Assembly (NCBI RefSeq): GCF_022539665.2
Contig: NC_081331.1
Span: 11,532,001 to 11,596,000, forward strand
DNA: 64,000 nucleotides
Direction: 5' to 3'
Source: Daphnia carinata
Lineage: Eukaryota
Below, in pieces: positions 43,655-54,023 of this stretch (position 1 is the stretch's first letter; every line of letters starts with the position of its first letter). The notes beneath the pieces were generated by a model that had not been told where the DNA came from, did not search any database, and saw nothing but the letters and a program-made list of their open reading frames with translations. Made by a program: the position numbers and the translations under genes.

Positions 43655-46600
43655 ATGGCAAAAAGCTTAGAATCACCGACAAAATTGACGGAATTTGCAC
43701 CTCTTGCCCCTCCGGAATCACAACAATCCGTCGGTATCCGGTCAACATTTGCTCGCTGGTTTGGAATTAACAACAAAAATCCACCCACTGCCATAAAAGA
43801 AGTAGCTGTCAGTGAAGCTCCTTGTCCCCCATCTCGTTCTTCTAGTCGTGACGATATCTCTCAGTCGGGAGAGTCCACAGTTTCCTCTAATCCCACCTAT
43901 GTAGGAGAAGGGGGCTTTCCAATACAGTACTGTGAAGGAAGGACACTAGTCAGTGTGCTTACAAGGTAGTATATTTAGCACCTTCATGTTCTAATGCTGT
44001 AATAATAATAATTGAATACTTCTAGAGTATCCAATTTGTTGGCTCAGAAAGGAATGTATAGTGAAGCAGAATTCAAACAATATTGGATGCCAGATTCTGT
44101 CAGCAAGGAATGCTACGAATGTAGCTACAAGTTTACAGCTCTTAGAAGACGTCATCACTGCAGAATCTGTGGGCAGATATTCTGTTCTAGATGTTGCCAT
44201 CAGCAGGTTCCGGGCAAGCTGATGGGCTATTCTGGAGATCTAAGAGCTTGTACCTATTGCTGTCATATTGTTCTGTCCTGTCTGAAATCGATCGACCCGT
44301 CCACTGATGGCTCGACCGATCTATCCAAAATCCAAGAAGATCTCCAGAAAAAGCTAGCCCTTTTGCAACCAAATAGCGCCACGAGAAATACCGAAGGCTC
44401 TGATAGTGGTGGTGAACTGAAGAATCGCAAAACGGTTTTAAAACGCAAAATTTCTCTCAGTTTTCAGGAAGAACGCTTCGCTGCTGGAACATCGTCAAAC
44501 CAACCTCTGTTGTCTTTAGCCGAGAGAAAAGTTCTTCTTCACGATTCCACTCAACTCAAGGTAGTATGGCGTTTCTGTTAAAATACAACAATTGTTCTAG
44601 TATTTTTTAACTACATCGATTGGCAGACGCTTCACGAGGAAATCGTCCATCCTCAACGTGGAATTTTGTTGCAAAATCATCGCTATAAATTACGAAGCAT
44701 CACAAACTGTTGTGCAGGCAGCGAAGTAGTCGACTGGCTGTTGGTTCAGGATAAGGCTAGCTCGCGAATTCAAGCGACAGCCATTGGGCAGGCTCTCGTT
44801 GACGCAGGCTTCCTGGAATGCCTATCCTCTACGGATCAGATTTTTGCTGATGGCTATTCTCTCTACCGACCGAAAAGCAGCGATATAACATCTTCGATAA
44901 ATGATTCCCACGCCTCCGCAAACCAAAGTGAGGTTACTGAAGTCGTTGAACCAGAAGATACGCAAGAACCGCTTTGGGTACGACAAATTGGTATGCAAGA
45001 AGATCGAAAATGTCACGTCCAGGTCAATGAAGGAGAACAATCATCCGTGTTTCGTCATCCTGCCCCAGCGCATTTAGTTACGCCCGATACAGACATGATG
45101 GATGGTTTGGGTCGACAAAATGAGCCGCAACATCTTGTTTTGCCGCCAAAAAAGAGTGAAGAACTGTCCCTTTCTACCGATCTTAACAGCCCGAACCCAG
45201 CGGCTGTGAGTTCACCAACTATGCCCCAAGCGGAGGCATTCTCTCTTCCATTACCACCCATTACCCAAGAATCACTTCTCTTCTTCGAACATATTCAGCG
45301 ACTCATGAAGCAACTACTCAGTTGGCAGGGCCTTTCTTTTTCGTGGGCCGACGTCCTGATGCCTTTGGTTCACAGTCTTGCTTACACCGTCCGGCCTGAC
45401 GTACGAGATGACGACGACGAGATGGACATCCGACAGTATATCCACATCAAGAAGATTCCCGGTGGGACCAAAACCGATTCGAAGATTATTCACGGCGTTG
45501 TTTGTTCAAAAAATGTCGCCAACCGTTCCATGCCCAGGTGGTCACACGATCCCAATATTCTATTGCTAAGCTCTGCCATCGATTACCAACGTGTCGAGAG
45601 CAAACTGATATCATTGGAGCCACTCATGATGCAGGTATAACCAATGAAACCGATTATGATCTGTATCAATTTCTAATGATTTTGGACTTACCATTGTAAA
45701 CAGGAAAATGAATATTTGAAGAACGCCGTGGCCAAGATTGCTGCATTTAAGCCCGAAGTATTGCTGGTGGAAAAGGTGGTGTCTGGTTTGGCCCAGGAGT
45801 TTCTGTTCAATTTGGGCATCACTTTGGTGCTCAATGTCAAGTCTTCAGTGATGGACCGGGTCTCCAGATGCTGTCAAGCAGACATTGTACCGTCCATCGA
45901 CGCGCATCAACTCAGTCGTCCGAAATTGGGTTCCTGTCGTTTATTCCACATTGAAACGCTCACGTTAGATCGAAATAATTCGACAAAGACACTCATGTTC
46001 TTCGACGGTTGCCAACCGAGATTGGGTGCCACTGTATTGCTCCGTGGTGCCAGCCATTTCGAATTGCGAAAGGTAAAAAAAGTGTTGAAGTTTATGGCTT
46101 TCGCGTGCTACAATGGACGATTGGAACGCGCCTTTTTGGCCGATGAGTTCGCCATTCCGAAAATGCTTGGATGTAAAACAGAAATGTTTGACGGCGTCGA
46201 AGTGGTACCAAATACGGAAGATGCACCGCTTTTGAATAGTACACGTCTCGACGACAACTTGACGTTCGAGAGTAGCAGTCTAGTCATTGTCGATAGCGAT
46301 TCGATAATGAGCCCTGAGACTAATGCCAATACATCGTCGGTGCCTGTAACGTTGGGAAAGGCGGTCCCAGACGATACGAACGCAACAGATTTAAAACCTG
46401 TCCGGGAATTAGATGATCCCCTCCATGAATATTTACGCATTCGACAGGGTGATCAGTCTCTTAGTTCAACACCTATTCAACAGCCACAGCAATCACTGAG
46501 CGTCCAAAGTTCAACGCTAGCAACCAATTCGATGCTCTTCCGTAAAGCTATGGAAGATACCATCCTTTCGATTTCGCCACTTATCCGCCATCCGTTGCCT

Positions 46601-49600
46601 TATCTTGAAACAGAAGCCGGACGTAACGCTCCTTTGAGGAAATATTTACCTGAGGTGTTGTACTTTTCGCAACAACTCAAACAATCAGAGTCACCACCTC
46701 GCAAGATCCGTTACGGTCCGGATGATGTCATGAATGGCGACAGCGCTTGTGCTGACCCTGCGCCCGAGCGGAATTCAATCCATCCTTTCTTGCGAGCTCG
46801 AATCACACCTGTTATGTCACGAACTGAACTCCTTGGTTTGCTGAGTGACTTTCGCGCTCGAGGGGTTCGCCCCGGTTGCAAGTTACCCGAACAAGTGACC
46901 AAGTCGAAGCTTTCCATGTCCGGTAGCGATGACTGGGAGAATCTTGCCACCGAAGAGGACAATCAAGCGGATGGAGCCGGGCTTAAAGATTGCCTGGATC
47001 CGTTTAATCTTCAAAGACTTTGCGCATTATTCTCGAGCTTTTGCCAGCCCGTTTCGACCGTCGCACTCCAATATTGCGTTGCTCCTTGGTAATTCAAAAT
47101 TCAAACACTCTTTGTTTGCAACAGCGATTAAAATTCCTTGTTTACTTGGGGTTTGTTTTGAAAATATTATCCAGGGTGGTAGAGATGGACTTCTATGGCC
47201 GAAACGACATCACTTTAGGAGGATTTCTGGAGCGTTACTGTTTCCATAAAAACTATTCCTGTCCGTCGGCCTCGTGTCAATCTCCGGTACCTCGTTGTGA
47301 TTTCCAAAAATTAGGCATCATTTCTTATGAAATTCGTATTAAGATGGCATCTCACATCCGGCGGTTCGTCCACGACACTTCATCCATTGTGGTCATTATT
47401 CGACAGCTGGCCAATTCAGTCAATTACAATGCGGCTGCCTCTGGCGCTTCTGCCGTTGACGATCGTTCTATCCTTATGTGGTCCTGGTGCAAAAAATGCA
47501 AACAGGCGAGTTTTAATTTCCAAATCTAAACATTTATTTGATTTTACTTCACTCACAATTTTCTAGATGATGTTTTTCAATATTTTCGGGCGTGCCAGGT
47601 TTCTCCTATTTCCACAATGTCAACAGAGACATGGCACTTTAGCTTTGCCAAGTATTTGGAATTACGGTTCTACGGCCATGCTTACTGCCGTCGCCAGCTG
47701 ACCAGCCCTAATTCAGTTCCAGTTTGCGCGTGTCCGCATCCCTTGCATACGGAGCACTTCCATTACTTTGGTTGTCGAGATCTTGTTGCTTCATTCAAGT
47801 ACGCTCCAATCGTTCTCAAGGAAGTCGTTCTTGCCCAGCCAGCTATCGCTATTTCACTTGAAACTGATCTCCTGCCTCAATTGATCGAAGAGATCCGGTT
47901 AGTTGCCCAGTTTGGCCACGGCCTCTATTCCGCCATAGGGGAATGGCTGAAAGCACTTACAGCAGAATGCACGGGCACAAAGTTGGAAAGCCAGGTTGTC
48001 GCTATGGTGGAACAACAAATTCAAGAAAGATCCCGTTTCCGAAAACGCGTGGAAGAAATACAATTGATGCTGACTTCGCCTAACCTTCAGCAAGTTACTT
48101 CGCCCGGCAGTGGTGAGGAATCTCTATGGCTGATAGCCGATCACGAAGTCTTGCTCAAGCGTATTATTGCCGATACGGTGTGTTCGTGGAACGGCCGTCT
48201 TCAGGAAGTTGTTGCGGCCAAGAAAAAAGAAGACAAGTCGTCTGCTTCGAAGCCCCTCCATAGAAATTTACAGGCTTCGGAGAGCGATCCCGTTGAGGCC
48301 AAACCGCTTCCACCGGCACCTCCCATTTTTACGATTTCGCCCAATTCTTCACGCGACGACTCAGCTACCGATATGAGTCGTAAGATGAGTGAGCACAGCA
48401 TGTCTCCTTCGTCACTGTCGAGCTCACCAACCAAGAGTCCCTTCTTACGTCCTAGAAGCAGCGTTGATTTCCAGTTCAGTGTCGAACAGCAATCGGAAAT
48501 AGGAACACCTATGGACTACCGCAGCCGTTCCATATCACAAGTCAGCAATGAACACTTGGAAAATAGTGAAACTAAATCAACAACAGCTTTACCTGTGACT
48601 CCATTGCAAACTCGAGTGTCATTAGGAGCGCTTCTTTCGATGACTGGACCAGGCCCATCGTTATTGACGATGCCGTTTCCGTCAACCGAACATCATCTTT
48701 TGCCGCCCGGCTCCTCTCTTCCGCTTGTCGTTTTTCAAAACGAGCCTTCATCCATCATCGCATATGCTTTGGCTTCGGTGGACTATGAACAACAACTGGC
48801 CGAACTGCAAGCAGATCTAGCAGATCAGGCCGTTCCATCCTCCCCGACTCGTACTTCATCGCCAATCGGACCGGATCGATGGTTCGATAATGTCGAACGG
48901 GAAGAACCAGGGTCAGTGTGCTACCCATTGATACGGCGAGACTTAAGTATTGATTTCAATTATATCTTCTCTTTTTGTCGTTCCATTTTTCTAGTGGTCG
49001 AAGTTATGGATCATCTTCGACTTCCGGAATTGCACAGGCTCCGCCCGCCGGGGCCCTGGCTTCTAATCAGCATTTAGAGATCCAATTTAGTGATTCATGT
49101 ACCAAATTTTACTGCCGCGTTTACTATGCAGAACAGTTCCGTGCTTTACGTTCCAAAGTATTTCCAGCTGGAGAAGACCGCTTTATCCGCTCGTTGGCTC
49201 GATGCGCACCTTGGGCAGCATCCGGTGGCAAGTCCGGCTCCACCTTTTGCAAAACGCTAGGTATAAGAGACTGTGGATGAATATGAGTTTGATTGCTAAC
49301 ACATCTGACATGGTTGTTGATTAATAGATGATCGCTTTGTTTTGAAGCAAATGTCGAAAATGGAAATTCAATCGTTCGTCGATTTGGCACCCAACTACAT
49401 TAGCTACACCCACCGCGCTCAAAGGGAAAATCGCCCGACGGCCTTTTGTAAAATAGTTGGAGCATTCCGCATCGTTTTCAAGAACGCACAAACCAACGCA
49501 GCCAGCAAGCAAGATCTCCTTGTGATGGAGAACCTTTTTTACAAAAGGAACGTCACCAAAAAGTTTGATCTCAAAGGATCAGAGCGAAATCGTTTGGTGT

Positions 49601-50231
49601 CGGCTTCTGAAGCGGAAATGAACGATTGCGTCCTCCTCGACGAGAACTTTGTGCAAAGTTTGTATTTTAATTGCTCCTTCTTTTCGTTCTTTCTTTTTTG
49701 AACGTCTCGCTTCAATGCGCAATTCTTTTTTGTCCCTGGATGTTGCAGTGACTTGGGACAACCCACTTTACGTTCGTGGTTACTCTCAAAGTGTACTCAA
49801 CAAAGCTCTTAATGCAGACACTCAGTTTCTGGCCTCTCAGCTGGTGATGGACTACTCACTTTTGGTTGGCATCGATGATGAAAACAACCAACTTATCGTC
49901 GGACTTATAGGTATCTATCACAGTTAGGAAATTTACCTTCGGGGTTTTAACTGTCTTTTCCATACATTTTGTAGATTACATCCGCACTTTCACTTGGGAC
50001 AAACGACTGGAAACTTTTGTCAAATCGTCTGGCATATTGGGTGGTCAGGGCAAGATGCCAACCGTGGTGTCTCCTGAGCTTTATCGCACACGTTTCTGCG
50101 AAGCCATGAACCGTAATCTACCGTTTCTTTTTTTTTGAAAGAGTCAATTGAGTTTTTTTCTAATTTCTTTGTTACTCATCTTTGCAGGATACTTTACTTC
50201 CGTGCCTAGTTTTTGGGACGGAGGAATGTGA
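43655..50231 (+). CDS. PIKFYVE: 1-phosphatidylinositol-3-phosphate 5-kinase (PIKfyve/FAB1)
   Basis: FYVE domain (WMPDSVSKECYEC..RRRHHCRICGQIFC). DEP domain (GSEVVDWLL). CCT-like domain (MDIRQYIHIKKIPGG). SFAKYLEL motif. Kinase motifs GGKSGSTF, MENLFY..FDLKGS and MDYSLLVG..GLIDYIRTFTWDKRLE. Ends RYFTSVPSFWDGGM*. Confidence 0.97.
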
Positions 50232-51398
50232 CATTTGGACCAACGCAAAAACCAATCAGGCATATCCACTGAATTCATCAACGGATTTTGTAATAATCTG
50301 TACAGTAGTTTACAAACGCAACGCTGAATCTATTACAGTATATCACGATCTTATCGAAATTAGCCGTATATCGTTAAATTCGTTTTTTCCCGATGTTATA
50401 TATGTTAATTCAAAATGGTTTAGATAACAAGTTCCATAGGGCATCAAATACTACTTAGTTCTTATGTTACAAAACATGTTACGAAGTTATATTTACGCTG
50501 TAGTCAACATCACGATAGTAAATTGATGCAGCATTTGTGATAATCGCAATTGGCTAAAGACAACTCTAGCTATAAACTTCCTGCTTCAAGTTTGTTTCCC
50601 ATTTTAAAAAAATGTCAATAAACAATACTTGTTCAATCTCTTAACGAACTATAGTTACTTATCTAATGAAACAGAATTTATACAAGCGTGAAAGAAGATT
50701 CGAAGGGGGCACATACCAGAGTGATATAAAAGATGTCCAGCGCAGAAACGAAGCGTAGAATTCCATCTTGAAGCCGGGCACATCTTTGAACAACACACAG
50801 AAAAACATAGTCCTTGCACGAAGTAACAATTAACTGCTCAGTACACTCACACATCTGTTTCATTTATATCTTTCACTTCTTAACATTCCTGGCACTATTC
50901 GCGTCGCAAGTAACAAGCTAATTAATTAGATTCGAGGAAAATCTAATCAAACGCATTCCACGGAACGAGAAACCGAAACACAGAATCCTGCGCTAATGCA
51001 GAGGCTTTTTAGTTTTGGGTACGCGAACACACGCTTGTTTGTTGCACCGTGACACAATCGATCGTTATGGTTACCATGCTTAAAAAAAGAACTACGTCAA
51101 AATTGCTGGAGGCATATTCATCCGAAGGATCAATCTAAAAAATACCAAACTTGGTCTTTTCACTACACTCAGTATAGTGTACAACTAAACTCAAGAAAAC
51201 AGTTTGCATTCTGCCTAAACAAATAAACAAACTTGTTTCTTAGAAGAAAGCGGACTTTCAACTTCGAGAAGCACTCAACAGTTGTGGAAAACAAAATTGT
51301 TTTCGTTTCATAAACGTTGCGGCGAGTAGATGAAATAATAGATTTATTATCGACTTTGACTGGAGGCTTCACAACAATAGCAACTGAACTATTGAAGA

Positions 51399-52012
51399 CT
51401 AATAGAGCACGTGTGAATATGTGACGACTTCGCACCGCATGTTTCCGCAAGTACCGGCCGAAGCTGAGACGCAGTTGATTACTGGGCACTGTGGGGTGGT
51501 CCTGTCTGGACTGCAAGTCATGTCGCAGCTACCAGTTCGCATTCCTGGCTTCGAAACGCAGTTGTACCTTTAACAATTGAGAAGACGTTTAAGGAAAAGC
51601 GAATAATAACGTATTAATAAGGCATCTGCCATTTTGGTAAGTCTTACCTTCTGCAGGAGGAGTCCAGAAACAGAGGAAATGGGCTGATGGCACCTTGATT
51701 GTAATAGACACCGTTGTTGTTGCTGCCACCGTAGTAGTTGTTTCCATACTGCATACCCGGATATCCTGGACGGACCATTCTTTCAGAAGCTTCGTTTTGT
51801 AGAGCCGAACAGGTGATGACTACCATCATCATCAAAATGACTTTAGACGGGCAAACTTAAAAGTAATAAAACCTCACATAAGCTCTTGGTACAGAACGAT
51901 GAAAAAAATTAATGCAGATTGCAAACTTAACAATTAAATAAAGAATTAAAGTTGCACTCTTAAATGTTAAAACAATAGAGCCAGAATGTGTAATCAAATT
52001 ACCTGGAAGCAT
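51399..52012 (-). CDS. Small secreted Gly/Tyr/Asn-rich protein with four Cys pairs (unrecognised family, gene A)
   Basis: Exons 52012-52003, 51855-51648 and 51567-51399 are phase-consistent: MLPVCPSKVILMMMVVITCSALQNEASER...GYPGMQYGNNYYGG...SSCRRYNCVSKPGMRTGSCDMTCSPDRTTPQCPVINCVSASAGTCGNMRCEVVTYSHVLY*. TATA box at 52083-52090 (minus). Confidence 0.75.
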
Positions 52013-52082
52013 GGTGAATTACAAGTTGTTATCTGCGACACTGCTTGACACAGAATGACCACATCATCATCAGATTTATTGC

Positions 52083-52090
52083 TTTATATA
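52083..52090 (-). promoter_or_regulatory. TATA box of gene A
   Basis: TATATAAA on the minus strand ~70 nt upstream of the ATG. Confidence 0.6.
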
Positions 52091-52933
52091 CCCAAACAAA
52101 AAAGCCTTGGGTCAAAGAAGATATCCCTTCCTTCGTACTCCTATGGAACATGTTGAATCAACGAGAAGCGTCGAAAAACGAGTTCCTGTTTGGGGTAGGG
52201 GTATTGGAAGTTACGGTATCTAGATAGAATTTTTTCCATCAGTGGGAAGGGACGGGTAGAAATGAAGAGGAAGGGAGAGATAGATCGGCCACGTGGATGT
52301 TTCACGTTTTTTTTTCAGTTTGCACACAGAGCAAGGCAAACTGAGAAATTTCTCCTGTTGCGTCTTCCCTCCCCATATGTCCGCCTCATATAATCCTCGG
52401 TTGCGCTTGTTTGTTCTGTGTAGATAATTTATTCTCCATGCCTTCAGGATGCAATATGTAGCTAATATAATTCTAAACGGACTCTACGACCTCGTCTATC
52501 TGATCGTTGACGATGGGATAGATTGAATATGTTGCAGTGCACTCAAATGGTGCATTCAAGCAGACTTCAAATGAACTTCGTTGATAACCTTGACTGACTA
52601 CATTTTTTTTGTAACTTACTGATTTTACGTCAAGATCTATTTGGTTATCTTTCTTCTAATTCAAATGAAAAAGGAGCCCTATATCAAAGGAAGTTGATTT
52701 TTATATAACGTTTCCAGCTTGCAATAGTAAGCATTAAATACTGGTACACGAACAGCTGGCCAGGCAACGTGAACTTCTTGAAAATGAATTATTATCATCG
52801 CATTCATGTCGTCCTCCAAACCTTACAACAGTATTAATGACGCAAATCTCTGGTATAGGCATAACAATGTCGCTCAAGGGATCCCTCCATGACAGACGGG
52901 GACACAATAGCAGTTTTCACAATGGAAGGAAGC

Positions 52934-52948
52934 GGGGGGGGGGGGGGG
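52934..52948 (+). repeat. Poly-G tract (G15), G-quadruplex-capable
   Basis: 15 consecutive G. Similar ~12-G runs at 1583-1594 and ~10665-10676. Confidence 0.8.
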
Positions 52949-53243
52949 ACGCGAGATGATTCCTATAAGGAAATTAAAAAGAACAAAACGGAAATCGTGT
53001 CGTGAGTAGGAAAGCTGGATCTATTTAGAATTTAATCAGAACGGTTATTGGGAATGTTAACTAATTAAAGATCAAATTAAATTCCTGTATTTACTTAAGA
53101 CCCAAGCCGATGCGAATTTGGTATGCGACATAATGTTTAACTAACAATCCTCATAATTCATTCAATGAAAAATTGCTGTAACCCGCCAGAGAGCCCCACT
53201 TTGACACGCATAATGAATGCAGCTTCAGGGCAATGTGCCAACG

Positions 53244-53250
53244 TATAAAA
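53244..53250 (+). promoter_or_regulatory. TATA box of gene B
   Basis: TATAAAA ~125 nt upstream of the ATG at 53370. Confidence 0.6.
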
Positions 53251-53369
53251 AGACAGGTGTCAAAACGAAAGACGTTGCATTCGAATCCTGTGGCTCATCA
53301 GCTCCACACGGTGCATCCAATAGAATCTTGATCGGTTCTGCTAGCCCTTCGTCTGTACAACAAATCATC

Positions 53370-54023
53370 ATGGTTGTCGGTAAGAAGTTCATTTTCAGCT
53401 ATTTGTTTAAAAAATACGTCTTAATAAACATGTTCTCTAATGAAGGTAATCAACGTCGTCACTCGATGATGCCTTCACTTCTCCAGCTCATTTCGGTTCA
53501 AGCGCTGCTGTTGACACTCTCGGCTAATTGTCAACGCTATCCAACCTACGGCGTGCCTTTTATAACTAGCGGAATCGATCGTCTTTACAACCCGCTGTAC
53601 TCTCCTCCACCGCCACCTCCGATGTCGTACGGCAGTTCTTATAGCCCAGCTATATATGGCGTTCAGTCATCTCAACCGACTTACCGACCAAATTATTCAC
53701 CGGCGTTGTCCACCTGCCATACTTACTACTGTTACCGATCTGCTTTGCCATTAACTGCAGGATCTACAACAACCGTAGCACCACCACCGCCACCAACAAC
53801 AGCAGGTCCTTGCGGTAACCGTGACTTTTTAGTTTGCGTAGCAGAAAACCTGGCTTCCACTGCGTTGGCTGTCGCCTCTTCACCTTACCAATATCAGGCA
53901 TATCAAAAGTACGATGTCTGCCCGGCTTATTTTTGCAGAGTGGTCACGACAACTGCACCCACTCCGCCGGCAACGGCTGCCCCCGACACATGCGATGCCT
54001 TTCAATGCGAAATAGCCGATTGA
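53370..54023 (+). CDS. Secreted Pro/Tyr/Thr-rich protein with four Cys pairs (unrecognised family, gene B)
   Basis: Exon 53370-53379 (ATGGTTGTCG|gtaag), a 66-nt intron, then exon 53446-54023. Signal-peptide-like MMPSLLQLISVQALLLTLSANC. Cys pairs CHTYYC, CGNRDFLVC, CPAYFC and CDAFQCE are separated by Pro/Thr-rich linkers. Confidence 0.8.
   Translation: MVVGKKFIFSYLFKKYVLINMFSNEGNQRRHSMMPSLLQLISVQALLLTLSANCQRYPTYGVPFITSGIDRLYNPLYSPPPPPPMSYGSSYSPAIYGVQSSQPTYRPNYSPALSTCHTYYCYRSALPLTAGSTTTVAPPPPPTTAGPCGNRDFLVCVAENLASTALAVASSPYQYQAYQKYDVCPAYFCRVVTTTAPTPPATAAPDTCDAFQCEIAD

Noticed and set aside
53217..53369. N-terminal part of the 268-aa ORF
   Set aside because: It overlaps the TATA box and the 5' UTR. 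The credible start is 53370, followed by an in-frame 66-nt intron.
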